From a virus (lineage: Duplodnaviria > Heunggongvirae > Uroviricota > Caudoviricetes), in IMG/VR virus record IMGVR_UViG_2700989535_000005, positions 1 to 42,420 of that record: a DNA stretch of 42,420 bases; one strand, given 5' to 3'. The notes under the pieces are model-generated. The model was given only the letters and a program-made list of their open reading frames with translations, was not told the DNA's origin and searched no databases. Shown here one piece after another: positions 18,923 through 29,662 of this stretch. The translations under genes and the position numbers were made by a program. Position 1 is the stretch's first letter; each line of letters starts with the position of its first letter.

Positions 18923-20143
18923 TTACCCTTTACGGTTTGCCCAGAATTCAGCGTTTTGTTTGTTCAGGGAAGCGATACTGGTCATGCCCATGTTTGGGCG
19001 CTGTGCATCGCCGGTGGTGGCGCGGGTGTTTTGCCCTTTGGCAATCTCAGACACGGCATTAAACGCCATGTCGACCGATTGTTTCGGTAATTTGCGGATA
19101 TCCGCATCACCGACTATCTGGCGAACCAGCGTTTTGTCAGCGGAAGCCAGAACCTCGCGTTTGAACGCGGTCGGTTTCATCTTACGGCTCAGATCGATAC
19201 CCGGAACGATAACTTCGGCACGCCAGGCTGAGTCACCAGTAATCGTGGTTTCCTCTTCATCGTCCTCGCCGTCACCGGTCGGATTAGCGTCAGGTTTATT
19301 ATCGTTATCGCCCGTGGTATTTCCTTCCAGCTTAGCCAGCAGGGCTTTCAGTAATGTTTTGAGGTCATCATCACTGTCGCCGGTTGGACCTCCGCCCATC
19401 TCTGGTGCTTTGTCCGGTAGCGGTTGCTGCGGGGACAGGTTGATGTTGAGATTAACGCCCTGCGGCAAATCCCCCTCATCTCCTGTAACCGATGCGGGAG
19501 CCGACTCCACCAGTTCGTTCATGGTGTCAGCGTCACCCGTTTTGATGGCCGTGCGCATGCGGGTCCACCAGTTTTTCTTTTGATTTGCCATTGTGTCTCT
19601 GTCTCCAATTGCACAACGATTTCCGGCTCTGCCTTTAGGGACAAGAGCCACATGGTTTCCGGTAATATCGACCTGCTCGGCTTTACCTGGCTCGGTCTGC
19701 TCGTACTCCGCGTCATAGCCACACGACACTTCACGCAGGCCATCTTCGATAACCTGAATGGCGCTTTCGTCTTTGACGATAAGGTCAGCCAGCATCAAAT
19801 CAGACAGCTCACCCGTCCCGCGCCGCACATTCTGAAGATGCCCGACAGCAAGCTCTTTCCAGTTCTCGGGATTTACCAGCCGCACATTCCCGTTTTCATC
19901 TTCAGGATGCAGGATCGTGATGCTCATCCCTTCGAATGAGGCGAGCGTGGCCGGATGGAATACCTGCTCAGGAGAACGCGTTACGACTATCTCACCGAGC
20001 TTGTCGGGTTTGAGGTTTGGCAGATCGGCAGCGCCGTAGAGCTGCTTACCCGTTCGACCTATCGGCACGTCTTTGCACAGCAGCGAGCCGTCAGCCAGCT
20101 GATAGCGGGTTTCCCCCAGCCGGGTATTGAAAAAATATTTCAT
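18923..20143 (-). CDS. Putative scaffold/protease protein with acidic low-complexity centre
   Basis: 406 aa between the Mu-F-like and capsid genes; Asp/Gly/Thr-rich central region. Confidence 0.45.
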   Translation of the reverse strand: MKYFFNTRLGETRYQLADGSLLCKDVPIGRTGKQLYGAADLPNLKPDKLGEIVVTRSPEQVFHPATLASFEGMSITILHPEDENGNVRLVNPENWKELAVGHLQNVRRGTGELSDLMLADLIVKDESAIQVIEDGLREVSCGYDAEYEQTEPGKAEQVDITGNHVALVPKGRAGNRCAIGDRDTMANQKKNWWTRMRTAIKTGDADTMNELVESAPASVTGDEGDLPQGVNLNINLSPQQPLPDKAPEMGGGPTGDSDDDLKTLLKALLAKLEGNTTGDNDNKPDANPTGDGEDDEEETTITGDSAWRAEVIVPGIDLSRKMKPTAFKREVLASADKTLVRQIVGDADIRKLPKQSVDMAFNAVSEIAKGQNTRATTGDAQRPNMGMTSIASLNKQNAEFWANRKG

Positions 20144-20157
20144 GGTTTACCTGCGAT

Positions 20158-20931
20158 TCAGGCGAGATAAGAATGAGGGTTGGGGAAGACGATTTCTTTG
20201 TAACAGCGGCAGTTCGGCAGCTCACCAGCGTGACCGGTCATACCGTCAAGCGTTGGAGGTCGGCCCCATTCGACAAACTTACCTTCCATCTCCCGATGAG
20301 AATGCCGGACGTCGCCATCTTCGGCTGTACGCCAGATATAACCATTCGAGCCGATTGACAGCGCACGCGCCTGATCGAGCGCGCCGGTTGCGCGTCCAAG
20401 CTCGGTACGGGCGATAAGGTTCGCTCGTGAGCGTGACACGTCACCGGACGCAGCTATCTCTTTCGCGAATGGCTCAGCGCGGCCACCAGTCACAACGGCC
20501 TCGATGGCTTTGTTCTGAATGTCATACACCCGATCGGCGGCCTCAAGAGGTAGCGATTTGATGTACTTAATCTGCTCGGCAACGATGGATTTCATCACCT
20601 GGCCTACCGGGGCGCGGTCAACCATGTTGCGCAGCTCTGCACTGATGTTCCGGCTGTGCTGACGCCACTGCTTTTCATTCTGGCGCGCAATGTCGGCGGT
20701 AAAGTTCTCAGCAACCTTCGTCGCCCAGGGGGTGATGATTTCGCTGTAGCGCTCCAGCGCATCCATGATTTCGGTGACGCTATCGTTTGAACCATCGTAG
20801 CGCCCATTTACGATATCCCCGACCGCCCGCGCTATCTGCCGTAGGCTCGTTCGATATCGGATCTCCGCCTGGCGACTCTGGCGGGTTGTCGCCAAGTTCG
20901 CCGATGCCTGGCGGCGCTTCGTCTTCGGCAT
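20158..20931 (-). CDS. Phage Mu F-like head morphogenesis protein
   Basis: C-terminal RTE...SIGSNGYIW...DGDVRHSH...CRC pattern as recalled for Mu gpF / SPP1 gp7; follows the portal gene. Confidence 0.7.
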   Translation of the reverse strand: MPKTKRRQASANLATTRQSRQAEIRYRTSLRQIARAVGDIVNGRYDGSNDSVTEIMDALERYSEIITPWATKVAENFTADIARQNEKQWRQHSRNISAELRNMVDRAPVGQVMKSIVAEQIKYIKSLPLEAADRVYDIQNKAIEAVVTGGRAEPFAKEIAASGDVSRSRANLIARTELGRATGALDQARALSIGSNGYIWRTAEDGDVRHSHREMEGKFVEWGRPPTLDGMTGHAGELPNCRCYKEIVFPNPHSYLA

Positions 20932-22249
20932 TCTCTATGTCCTCGTCGGTAATGGATGCCCCGATGCCGGTGACGTCAGAGTTTTCGCGCAGGTCGGTCA
21001 TTGCCGCCTTACGCGTCATCAATCCGTCGCCCAGCGCGGTGCTGATCGCGTTGGTGGTATTTACGGCCACCGTTGAGCGGTCAACGTCAGACATTTGCCA
21101 TAGCGGGTTAAACTCAAACGTGAAATCGTCCGGCAGTGGCTTACCGAGTTCCGAGCGGTGCATAATGTCCAGTATCCGGCGCATCGGCAGCCGTAAGCGG
21201 CGCTCCTGCAATGAGCTCACCCGGTCGTAATAGTTGGCAAGATCTGCATCACCGGTAGAAAATCCTTTCGGGGACTGTCCGAACAACCGCACCAGTGGAA
21301 TACCAACAGCGCCACTAATCTGTTCTGCAAACTGCGATAGGATGTCATCCAGACCACTGAAGCTGTACTGATGCGTTTCAAACTTATCCCGCGAGTCCAT
21401 GAGCGTCATGCCTTCATTGCTCTGGAACTGTCGAATCAGGTCGATATTCTTCAGCAACGCTTCATACGCAGGACCACCAAGTGCGATAAGCTCGCGTAGC
21501 TTCTCCACGCTGTAGGTACGCAAATGCGCTTTGTAGACCAGCTGCGCCGCGCCGACAGTGGCGCTGTCGAACGCAGTAAGCCGATCCCAGATACGCTCTA
21601 CAACCGACATTCCCCATTCGTTTTCGGTCATCTTCTGCTGGAATGGCAGCGTCACCCCGTCGAAGCGAATCAGGCGGCTGTGATGGATGCGCCAGGCTGG
21701 AATGCCCGTGGCAGTGGTCACCACGTCGTAAAACTCAGGTTTGCCGAGATCCGGCCCCATCTCTTTAATGCGGCGGGTCAGGACCGGGTTAATCATCCAG
21801 CGGTCGAGCGGGAGAATGCCCTTAAACTTGCCTTCTCCAATGGTTTCGAGCCGCAGCGGGGTCATTGGTGCCTGCCCCTCGATCATGATGAAGCCGACCG
21901 CGCCGCCGTAGAGGCGCGACCATTTCAGCACGTCGTTCAGCGCATCCCAGATCTGCAACTCATCCAGCTGCGCTTCCAGGGTGCCACGGTCTTTGGCGTC
22001 AATCTCCGAAGTGATGCGAATGCCTTTCCGGGTCATATCGTCCGGGATAGCGTCGACCGCTTCGCCGATGATCCAGGACGAACGATAGGACCATTCCACC
22101 AGCATGCGGTTGCGGCTGGTGAAGTTAGCCCGGTAGGTCGATGCTGAGTGCTGGTTAGGCGTCTGCATCCCTACGCGGGCAATAAAATTCTCATAACCAT
22201 CAGCTGTGGCCTGCGCAGTTCGCCGCAGGGCTTGTTTGTTTCGTGCCAT
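20780..22249 (-). CDS. Portal protein
   Basis: 489 aa directly downstream of the large terminase gene, acidic C-terminus. Confidence 0.7.
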   Translation of the reverse strand: MARNKQALRRTAQATADGYENFIARVGMQTPNQHSASTYRANFTSRNRMLVEWSYRSSWIIGEAVDAIPDDMTRKGIRITSEIDAKDRGTLEAQLDELQIWDALNDVLKWSRLYGGAVGFIMIEGQAPMTPLRLETIGEGKFKGILPLDRWMINPVLTRRIKEMGPDLGKPEFYDVVTTATGIPAWRIHHSRLIRFDGVTLPFQQKMTENEWGMSVVERIWDRLTAFDSATVGAAQLVYKAHLRTYSVEKLRELIALGGPAYEALLKNIDLIRQFQSNEGMTLMDSRDKFETHQYSFSGLDDILSQFAEQISGAVGIPLVRLFGQSPKGFSTGDADLANYYDRVSSLQERRLRLPMRRILDIMHRSELGKPLPDDFTFEFNPLWQMSDVDRSTVAVNTTNAISTALGDGLMTRKAAMTDLRENSDVTGIGASITDEDIENAEDEAPPGIGELGDNPPESPGGDPISNEPTADSAGGRGYRKWALRWFKR

Positions 22250-23871
22250 CAGGCCTGTCTCCCTAGCAGCTCCCAGATGTTCAGGGCTGAATTCATTGGG
22301 GCATAGTTGATCATCACCGAGTCGGCAAGGTTTGGCGATCGGGTTCCATCAGGCTGTTTATCAATAACGATTTTTCCCACACCATTAATGGAATAGGTCG
22401 GCTGCGAAAGCTCGATGATGAGTTTATCTTTGAGTGCCATGCTACTGCTGATTGAGATGATTTCGTCCGGGTTGTAAGCCATACCTTCAACCACGGCGCG
22501 CCAGGTATTCTGAAAAAGTTTACGTAACCGCCACCAGCTCTGGGCTTTGGCGTTAGCGAAGAAGTCCTTGTTCAGACGTGCGGCTTGCCCGTTGTCCCCG
22601 CGAACAGCTTCATCATCCGGATCAAATACCGCGCCACTACCTCGAAACGGTGTGGCAAGTATTGACGGTCGACGCGCAGCGTTACGCAGTTCGTTGATAG
22701 CGCGTGCATCGCCGCGAACGCCAGCGCCCAGCCCGTCCTCGTCAAAGCGAAACTCTTCGAGGTTGTCCTGTTCGCAAAAGCCGAAAACCTTCTCGACGGA
22801 CTGATAAATGTCGCTGCCCACACCGGACCATTCCCGCACATTTTCCAGGAGGAAGCCATGACGGGTGGAAAAGGCATTTTTGTCCCTGCCTTCGTCGGCG
22901 ACATCCATCGCGCCAAGTCGTTTGCCTGTTGGCTGGATACCCAGTTTGATATGCGCATCAACGGCAGCCTGTACCCATTCGGATGGAATCAGAACGCCTT
23001 CCGCTGATGCGCTGTAGTTCAGATCAAGTTCCTGTGCCACCACCACCGGATTATCGATTTTCTCGCATTCCCTGCGATACCACTCTTCATCCTTGCGAGG
23101 ATCATCCCGCCAGTGGAATGTGAATACCGGTATCTTCCCGCCATGACGCTTCTGAGCGAACGGGTTAGCCATGCCGTTAACTGAACTCAGGTCGATACGG
23201 CAACGCGTCGTTTGTGACAACGCCGCATCAATCAGCAGAGGACGCTGAAGGAATGCAGCCTCATCAACCAGATAAAGCGTGGTACGGTCACCACGACCAA
23301 TATTATCGCCAGCCTCGCCTTTGATAACGGCACCAGTTTCAGGAAACTCAACACGCATATATGGCGCGTGCTTCTTCTCACTCCACGAACCGCGAAACTC
23401 TACAGGTAGCGTTTCCACGAACTTGCGCGCCTTCCAGAACAATGCTTTCGGGTCACCAGTGCTGTCGACGTATTCCTCTTTACGGGAGCCAAAACCGATA
23501 ACCATTTCTTTGTTGAAGAGACAAAGCGAGCATGCCAGTCCGATCGCGGTCCAACTGAGCCCCATTTCACGGGATTTTTCGGTAATACCATTCTCCCGAT
23601 TGCTCCAGCGTTCCATAATCCAGTGGATCCACTCCTCCTGCTTAGGGAAGAGTAAAAACGGAATGGTCACCGGCAGGCCATAATCAATATTACGCGGGTC
23701 CGTTGTCATGCCCCAGTCGATGATGAACTGAGCCGGATTGGTTCGGTAAAACTGTTTTAGTGCAGGCAATATTTCAGGATTCTGGCGAATGCGCTGTAGG
23801 CGTTCCATCCGCCATTCAAAAACCATCTGGTAATCAGGATGTTTAAAATCGAAGGGGAATGGTAACGGCAT
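22249..23871 (-). CDS. Terminase large subunit
   Basis: 540 aa following the small terminase gene; ATPase-like N-terminal half and nuclease-like C-terminal half typical of TerL. Confidence 0.8.
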   Translation of the reverse strand: MPLPFPFDFKHPDYQMVFEWRMERLQRIRQNPEILPALKQFYRTNPAQFIIDWGMTTDPRNIDYGLPVTIPFLLFPKQEEWIHWIMERWSNRENGITEKSREMGLSWTAIGLACSLCLFNKEMVIGFGSRKEEYVDSTGDPKALFWKARKFVETLPVEFRGSWSEKKHAPYMRVEFPETGAVIKGEAGDNIGRGDRTTLYLVDEAAFLQRPLLIDAALSQTTRCRIDLSSVNGMANPFAQKRHGGKIPVFTFHWRDDPRKDEEWYRRECEKIDNPVVVAQELDLNYSASAEGVLIPSEWVQAAVDAHIKLGIQPTGKRLGAMDVADEGRDKNAFSTRHGFLLENVREWSGVGSDIYQSVEKVFGFCEQDNLEEFRFDEDGLGAGVRGDARAINELRNAARRPSILATPFRGSGAVFDPDDEAVRGDNGQAARLNKDFFANAKAQSWWRLRKLFQNTWRAVVEGMAYNPDEIISISSSMALKDKLIIELSQPTYSINGVGKIVIDKQPDGTRSPNLADSVMINYAPMNSALNIWELLGRQA

Positions 23872-23873
23872 AC

Positions 23874-24425
23874 TTAGCCCATCATTTTTCTATACGCTTC
23901 TGCAACCTGCTCCGGCGTTAAGTTGGTAATTTCTGTTCTGACTGGTCCTCCGTCAGCACCAGTCACTTCATTTTTGACATTGTCTTTAAACGCCTGAACA
24001 GAAACATGACGCCCGAGCAACTCAAGGTTTTTAACCTTATCAGGCCATTTGATTTTCTTCAGAAGTGCGGCGCTATCTGCGGATGCCATCTCCACGACAT
24101 CCATTCCTGATAACGTTGTGCGCCATACCTTAGGCCAGTCTTTAATGGGTTTTAGCTCACCGTTTTGCAGGAGAATGTCAAGCACATCCATCTGGTCGAT
24201 TTCAATAAGGCGATTAAGTACATATTCTGCATTAATACCAACAAGATCATTGCGTTGCGCTTTCAGTTCGGCGATTCTTAACTTGATGTCAGGTTTTGAC
24301 AGGTTTTCGGATGCGGTACGGTTGGCTGTTTTTGCGCTGTACCCCGCCCGAATAGCCGCTTGCGTGGCGTTTAAATCGATGAGGTACTCGCGACAGAACA
24401 TCTCTTGCTTGTCTGTGAGTGCCAT
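23874..24425 (-). CDS. Terminase small subunit
   Basis: 183 aa; N-terminus [30 protein letters not shown] matches the recalled Terminase_2-type TerS motif. Confidence 0.75.
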   Translation of the reverse strand: MALTDKQEMFCREYLIDLNATQAAIRAGYSAKTANRTASENLSKPDIKLRIAELKAQRNDLVGINAEYVLNRLIEIDQMDVLDILLQNGELKPIKDWPKVWRTTLSGMDVVEMASADSAALLKKIKWPDKVKNLELLGRHVSVQAFKDNVKNEVTGADGGPVRTEITNLTPEQVAEAYRKMMG

Positions 24426-24445
24426 TTTTTCTCAAAGGTGAATTT

Positions 24446-24877
24446 ATGAGCTCATTAACGTTTATCGGATTGTCACAGTTACTTTCTAGGAAAGGTGAGT
24501 TATTACAGCAAAATACGAATGATTTATTAGAACGTGTTAACACCGCATGGAATAACAAACGAGACCTTAATAAGCAAATTTCCATAGAGCTAAATGATGG
24601 AGAGCTTGAGGTTTCAATTCCACAGCTACGCTTTAAGTGTTTTACAGAAAGTAAGCTTTCACTTCACGAAGGCTCATTAATTGGGGTTATTACTTTTTAC
24701 ACATCGCGAGATGGAAAAAAACAGGAGTTTCATAAAATTTTTCTTGATTGGAACAATTGCATGCATTTTGGGGCGCTTGACTCAACAGCTCCAATAGACA
24801 TCGACTATACCGAAGATGTTGAGTATCTCTTTATGAACGCTCTAATCGATTCTGCTTATCGAAATAATTTAATCTAA
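24446..24877 (+). CDS. Hypothetical protein (143 aa), opposite-strand AT-rich orphan gene
   Basis: ATG at 24446 preceded by AAAGGTG; the track's GTG at 24419 overlaps the divergent terS start; only plus-strand gene inside the late region. Confidence 0.55.
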   Translation: MSSLTFIGLSQLLSRKGELLQQNTNDLLERVNTAWNNKRDLNKQISIELNDGELEVSIPQLRFKCFTESKLSLHEGSLIGVITFYTSRDGKKQEFHKIFLDWNNCMHFGALDSTAPIDIDYTEDVEYLFMNALIDSAYRNNLI

Positions 24878-25128
24878 TTGATGTTGGTGGTGAACTTTTG
24901 CCACCCAGTTAATCACTCTTAGCAGGATATAAGCCATTGTCGAGACCACTCATTGAATGGTCTCTGCAATAACCGATGTCTTTCCATCAGTCCGCCACCA
25001 CAAAGAATCTTTTTTGCCATAAGGCAGGAGGTTCATCTTTCAGTGGCTGCCAGTGTTATTTCCCCACTTACTGGCTTGGGTTGTTTCGCTGTACTGCCGT
25101 AATGCAAAAACTGGATTAACCTGCGAAA

Positions 25129-25659
25129 TCACACCATTCCGGGCAAATACATTTGCACTTCATTTGCCGCTCTCTCACGTGCAACATGAAGCAATCTTTT
25201 TCGCCCACCAACGCCCCACTTAGCCATTTGGCTTGCGCACTGGCTTATCGCTTTGGTTTCAGTATTGATGATGTGATCGATTCTATTCAGACGGGACATT
25301 GCGCCAACGCCGAGACGGACAACCGTTTTGAAAACTTCATAAACTTCGATTTCAAATTCCGGCTTAATCCATGCTGCATATCTGATTGCCAGAAGTTCAA
25401 CATCCCACACACCTGGTTCTGCACCACCTTTGATTATTTTAAGTGGCTGAATTTGTTCCAAAGTGCTTTTTTGCACTTTGGCCTCCAGTGCTTTTATGAA
25501 GCGTTTTATCTGCGCGCTACGCAAAAACTGGCTTGGGCGCTGTTGCTCTGTAGCCTCTCCATTTGCAACTGCTGCTGCATGGAGATCGTTTAAGTTGTAG
25601 CGTCCATCCTCATCAACACGAACGGACACACCATTGACAATAACTGTTGGGTACTTCAT
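25129..25659 (-). CDS. KilA-N domain protein
   Basis: N-terminal pattern VSVRVDEDGRYNLNDL...IKGG...GVW...LAIRYAAWIKPEF matches the recalled KilA-N consensus. Confidence 0.6.
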   Translation of the reverse strand: MKYPTVIVNGVSVRVDEDGRYNLNDLHAAAVANGEATEQQRPSQFLRSAQIKRFIKALEAKVQKSTLEQIQPLKIIKGGAEPGVWDVELLAIRYAAWIKPEFEIEVYEVFKTVVRLGVGAMSRLNRIDHIINTETKAISQCASQMAKWGVGGRKRLLHVARERAANEVQMYLPGMV

Positions 25660-25806
25660 CAGTGATTACCTTTTAGTGATGAACCTTGTCACACAGGATT
25701 CCGGCCCACAGAAAGGCACCGATCACCAAACCGGCATCCTCAAGGGTCATCCTGAAAGGTTCTGTGTTCATAAGTCGCGCGTGTGAAGCGCGTTTACTGC
25801 GGACAT

Positions 25807-25829
25807 AAAAAAGCCCCGCATCGCGAGGC
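25807..25829 (-). terminator. Intrinsic terminator after the lysis cassette
   Basis: On the minus strand: gcctcgc gat gcggggc followed by tttttt, about 35 nt after the Rz stop. Confidence 0.75.
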
Positions 25830-25863
25830 TCATTAAATGGACTTTGTGATTTGCAAAAAAAAA

Positions 25864-26313
25864 TTATTTCAGGCATTGCGTCCTGATGTACTCCTGCAGG
25901 TAGTTAACCTGCGCGGTTATCTTGTCGATTCCACTTCGGAGACGGTAATAATTGAGTTCAGCATCTGCTGTAAGTCTTGGGATTTCTCCATCGCCCATGC
26001 TGCTGGCTCCGGTCGTTGACTTTGCACAGGTGGCGGCGACTTGCAGGCGCTTACGCCCAGCAGAAACATCAGCACGGAGGCTTTCGATAGTCGCGTTAGC
26101 ATCAGCAAGCTCCTTTGTGTATCTGGCGTCGAGTTCTGCTACATCACGTTGACGCTTCTGCATATCAGCGATGATGGATGTGGCTTTATTGCGCTGCTCT
26201 TTGTAGGTCATGGCGTTATCACGGTAATGATTAACAGCCCATGACAGACAGACGATGATGCAGATAACCAGAGCGGAGATAATCGCGGTTACTCTACTCA
26301 TTGTTGCCCCCAC
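25864..26313 (-). CDS. Rz: Rz-type spanin (i-spanin)
   Basis: N-terminal transmembrane helix plus coiled-coil periplasmic domain; follows the endolysin gene; contains the nested Rz1 frame. Confidence 0.8.
   Translation of the reverse strand: MGATMSRVTAIISALVICIIVCLSWAVNHYRDNAMTYKEQRNKATSIIADMQKRQRDVAELDARYTKELADANATIESLRADVSAGRKRLQVAATCAKSTTGASSMGDGEIPRLTADAELNYYRLRSGIDKITAQVNYLQEYIRTQCLK
25917..26108 (-). CDS. Rz1: Rz1-type o-spanin lipoprotein, nested in Rz in another frame
   Basis: Lipobox-like VSAC followed by a Pro-rich mature peptide; entirely inside Rz. Confidence 0.7.
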   Translation of the reverse strand: MLMLTRLSKASVLMFLLGVSACKSPPPVQSQRPEPAAWAMEKSQDLQQMLNSIITVSEVESTR

Positions 26314-26795
26314 AAACAGACTTCACGCTCAATCTCACGGCGAGTCATCAGCCCTTTCCATTGCTTACCGCCAGCGTATGTCCAGCGCCGTAGCTGATCA
26401 CATGCGCCTTTGATATCGCCCTGGTTTATTTTGCGAAGAAGCGTCGATGTTCTGAAATTTCCAGCACCAACGTTGTAAACGAACGAGTAAAGAGCGCCGC
26501 GCGTTGTTTCCGGTATATCGACTTTGATGTACGGGTTAATTTGTCTGGCGACAGTGGCAAGGTCTTTATTCAGGAGGGCTTTGCATTCTGCTTCGGTATA
26601 CGTTTTACCGAGCATAATGTCTTTTCCGGTATGCCCGTAACATACAGTCCATACACCAACGATATCTTTATATGGTATGTAGCTGACGCCTTCCAGACCA
26701 TCGTTACCACTTGGGCCAGTGATTAACACAGATGCTATAGCAATAGCCCCGCCACCAATAGCCGCAGCAACGGCTTTTCGTAATGATGGAGGCAT
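26298..26795 (-). CDS. R: SAR endolysin (phage 21 R-type lysozyme)
   Basis: 165 aa with Gly/Ala-rich N-terminal signal-anchor-release segment [18 protein letters not shown]; matches recalled R21. Confidence 0.9.
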   Translation of the reverse strand: MPPSLRKAVAAAIGGGAIAIASVLITGPSGNDGLEGVSYIPYKDIVGVWTVCYGHTGKDIMLGKTYTEAECKALLNKDLATVARQINPYIKVDIPETTRGALYSFVYNVGAGNFRTSTLLRKINQGDIKGACDQLRRWTYAGGKQWKGLMTRREIEREVCLWGQQ

Positions 26796-27010
26796 TATTC
26801 ACCTCTCGCAGCCTTTCTTCTGTCTTCTCTGATTTTGAAGTACAGATTTGTCAGATAGGTGAGAAAGCCCAACACAAGGCTTCCAAGCACCCCAATCGCA
26901 GCCCACTGTGATGGACTGACCTGATCCAACCACTGCAAAAACCAGTATCCCGCACTACCAGCGGATGTTCCGTAGGCAATGCCAGTTGAGATTTTGTCCA
27001 TTGATTTCAT
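26795..27010 (-). CDS. S: Pinholin S21
   Basis: 71 aa [28 protein letters not shown]..., matching recalled S21 with the dual-start Met1/Met4 motif and two transmembrane segments. Confidence 0.9.
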   Translation of the reverse strand: MKSMDKISTGIAYGTSAGSAGYWFLQWLDQVSPSQWAAIGVLGSLVLGFLTYLTNLYFKIREDRRKAARGE

Positions 27011-27128
27011 AGCAACGCCTCCGCCAGTAACGGATTGCGTAGTTCTTATATTGGGAAGGGAGAAAAAGAAGACCGCAGCATAACTATCACTGATGAATTC
27101 AGGACATCCAGTGGCTACGGCTCAGTTA

Positions 27129-27204
27129 TGGAGCTGGTTAACGGACTTGAACCGCTACCCATTCGCTTACAAGGCGACCGCTCTACCATTGGAGCTAAAC
27201 CAGC
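27129..27204 (-). tRNA. Phage tRNA-like gene, anticodon read as UGU (Thr)
   Basis: Hand-folded cloverleaf: perfect 7-bp acceptor stem, D-loop with GG, TTCAAGT T-loop, CCA end; anticodon stem has one mismatch. Confidence 0.55.
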
Positions 27205-27209
27205 ATGTT

Positions 27210-27283
27210 TGGCGGGACAGCGTGGACTCGAACCACGATAAGAAGGTTAACAGCCTTCCGTAATGACCTTTATACGACTGACC
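27210..27283 (-). tRNA. Phage tRNA-like gene, anticodon read as GUU (Asn), atypical D-arm
   Basis: Perfect anticodon and T arms (TTCGAGT loop), CCA end; one acceptor-stem mismatch and a short irregular D-arm, so possibly degenerate. Confidence 0.4.
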
Positions 27284-27289
27284 CAAATA

Positions 27290-27375
27290 AAAAAAGCCAC
27301 CGTTGCAACTTAAGAGTCACTAACGGCAGCTTATGCGAATAGTGTTGCTCATTTGCTCAATGATGTCAACACGTT
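27290..27375 (-). promoter_or_regulatory. Candidate late promoter / qut / tR' region downstream of Q
   Basis: TTGACA immediately after the Q stop (27369..27364, minus strand) and a hairpin followed by a run of 7 U before the tRNAs; the -10 element is poor, so the assignment is tentative. Confidence 0.35.
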
Positions 27376-27921
27376 CTATGCTACATGTTTAATTTTCTCT
27401 ACACGTTTCCGGTTTTTAAACGCACTATCCAGAACCGGGTAAATCATAAACAACGAAGCATTGAGGATTTCGTCAACTTCCCGGCGACAGGTTGCGAGCG
27501 ATGGTTTTTGAATACGCCCGCCGCCCCGGCATAACATCTTGCGAGGTCTTGCGACACGATGATAGTAAGATGCAATGGCGTGCTTGGAAGAGCCGTGGGC
27601 GTAGTAGCTGAGGAGGATGCCAAAGGCTTTCTTGTCAATGTACATGACGGAATCGACGACCTGAGAAATCAACATTCCATCATCATCATTACACATTGGC
27701 CTTGTCATAACTCTTCCCGGCTCTACGCTCTCCATGAACTTAGCTATTACGCTGCTCATGCGCTTTTCCAGACGACCTGAATAAACCCATGCGCCCCACA
27801 GTTCAAGCCAGCCATTCAGCCACTCGTGCTGTTCTTTGGTGAGGTTTAGTTCTCTTATGCCCATGCGCCTTCTCCCTTGTGATCTGGAATGGTTTTTACT
27901 GAGAACGTCATGCGGCCTCAC
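27376..27921 (-). CDS. Q: Q-family late antiterminator (phage 21/82 type)
   Basis: Position between the nin genes and the lysis cassette; [10 protein letters not shown] and [10 protein letters not shown] motifs recalled from Q82/Q21-type proteins; true start may be the internal MGIRELNL. Confidence 0.65.
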
Positions 27922-28522
27922 TTCTGCTGTTTCGCAGGTCTTTGAGTTTCTGCTGATACTCCGCCTTGATGGCCCTGCACTCTTCGACAGTCCAGCGATG
28001 GCGGTTATGGTTTGATTCGATTTCGTCTACTGCTTCCTGCCCGATGCGGCTAATCAGTTCGACGCGATACGGAACGAGATTTCCGCTTTTGTGCTGGTTG
28101 CACACCACGCATTGCTTGTGAATATTGCGTTCATCAAATCGGAGTTGAGGTGCCGCAGCAGTTGTCCGGTAATGTCCGGCATCCCACTGAGCAGACGTGA
28201 GCGTTCCGCACGAGATACATGGTAAGTCGCGGTCTCTTTCTCTGATGAAGGCGTTTACGGCTTGTTGGGCTTGTTTAATCCAGTAACTGCGGGGCTTTAA
28301 GGCGAGTTTTCTAATCTTAAGTTTATCTTTCTGTTTCTGCTCCTCTCGTCGTCGTTTCTTCTCTGCTGCTTTTTCCGCTTTTTCGCGTTCTTTACTTCGT
28401 CGTTCGAGTGCTATCTTGGTTCCACACTCTGGAGAGCACCACCACTGATTAGCGAATGCAGGGTGAAACCATTCCCGACATTCATCGTTTTTACATCGTC
28501 TTCGCGCTGGTTTAGCCATCAT
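27908..28522 (-). CDS. ninG: NinG (Rap) recombination protein
   Basis: 204 aa matching recalled lambda NinG ([21 protein letters not shown]...). Confidence 0.85.
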
Positions 28523-28712
28523 CTTCTTCCTCGTGCATCGAGCTATTCGAATCGCTCATCAGCTCTGCACAGCAGTACTCACACACGTGAACTTCCAGCA
28601 CATGCAGCTTCTGACCGCAATTAGCGCACGTTAAAGCCCGCTCGACGCTTTCTTGTTCGTAACTTCGATTTGGGTCAATCACCTTGTATTCCTCGCACGA
28701 TGTCTTAGCCAC
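28512..28712 (-). CDS. NinF-like zinc-ribbon protein
   Basis: CANCGQ...CEYCC cysteine pairs; position in the nin region. Confidence 0.6.
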
Positions 28713-28861
28713 CGGATATCCAACAGGTGAGCCGTGTAGTTGAAGGTTTTTACGTCAGATTCTTTTGGGATTGGCTTGCGTTTATTTCTGGAGCGTTTCG
28801 TTGGAAGGTATTTGCAGTTTTCGCAGATGATGTCGGTGATACTTCGTCGCTGTCGTCTCAT
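28679..28861 (-). CDS. NinE-like protein
   Basis: Internal start [18 protein letters not shown]... (60 aa); the track ORF extends upstream into the ninB 3' end. Confidence 0.6.
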   Translation of the reverse strand: MRRQRRSITDIICENCKYLPTKRSRNKRKPIPKESDVKTFNYTAHLLDIRWLRHRARNTR

Positions 28862-29298
28862 GCCGCCCTGTCTCCCCATCGCGCTTTCCATTCGAGAGCC
28901 AGTCGCGCTTCGTCCGACCACTTAACGCCACGCTCTGTACCGAATGCCTGTATAAGCTCTAATAGCTCCGCAAATTCGCTTACACGCATCCTGCTGGTTG
29001 ACTGGCCTATTACCACAAAGCCATTACCGGCAAGGTTAGGAACAACATCCTGCTGCTTTAATGCTGCGGTAAACACACACTTCCAGCTTTCTGCATCCAG
29101 CCAGCGACCATGCCATTCAACCTGACGAGAGACGTCACCAAGGCAAGCCCAAAGCTTTCGATTCTGGTCTAAGCTGCGGTTGCGTTCCTGAATGGTTACT
29201 ACGATTGGTTTGGTTGGGTCTGGAAGAATTTGCTGTACCGCGTGAATAGCGTTTTGCTGATGTGCTGGAGATCGAATTTCAAAGGTTAGTTTTTTCAT
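28858..29298 (-). CDS. ninB: NinB (Orf) recombination mediator
   Basis: Matches recalled lambda NinB from [15 protein letters not shown]; start taken at the internal Met. Confidence 0.85.
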   Translation of the reverse strand: MKKLTFEIRSPAHQQNAIHAVQQILPDPTKPIVVTIQERNRSLDQNRKLWACLGDVSRQVEWHGRWLDAESWKCVFTAALKQQDVVPNLAGNGFVVIGQSTSRMRVSEFAELLELIQAFGTERGVKWSDEARLALEWKARWGDRAA

Positions 29299-29371
29299 GA
29301 CTTCCCTCTCCCCCAAATAAAAAGGCCTGCGATTACCAGCAGGCCTGTTATTAGCTCAGTGATGTAGATGG

Positions 29372-29662
29372 TCATCTTTTAACTCCATATACCGCCAATA
29401 CCCGTTTCATCGCGGCACTCTGGCGACACTCCTTAAAAATCAGGTTCGTGCTCATCTTTCCTTCCCGTTCTTCCCTGGTAGCAAACCGGTAATACACCGT
29501 TCGCCAGACCTTACCTTCGATAACCAGAAGACCTGCCCGTGCCATTTTAGCCGCGGCCTGATTTATGCTGGTTACTGTTGCGCCTGTTAGCGCGGCAACG
29601 TCCGGCGCACAGAAGCTATTATGCGTCCCCAGGTAATGAATAATTGCCTCTTTGCCCGTCAT
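29372..29662 (-). CDS. ren: Ren
   Basis: 96 aa matching recalled lambda Ren; follows P. Confidence 0.85.
   Translation of the reverse strand: MTGKEAIIHYLGTHNSFCAPDVAALTGATVTSINQAAAKMARAGLLVIEGKVWRTVYYRFATREEREGKMSTNLIFKECRQSAAMKRVLAVYGVKR

Noticed and set aside
21524-22147. 207-aa plus-strand ORF
   Set aside because: Antisense within the portal gene; Arg/Ala/Gly/Pro-rich composition typical of antisense frames; no start context.
25673-25876. 67-aa minus-strand ORF after Rz
   Set aside because: Overlaps the Rz 3' end and spans the strong terminator at 25807..25829; the only plausible start would give a 32-aa peptide without a ribosome-binding site. Not called, though a small membrane peptide cannot be excluded.
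27035-27241. 68-aa plus-strand ORF
   Set aside because: Overlaps both tRNA-like genes on the opposite strand; the tRNA folds are the better explanation.
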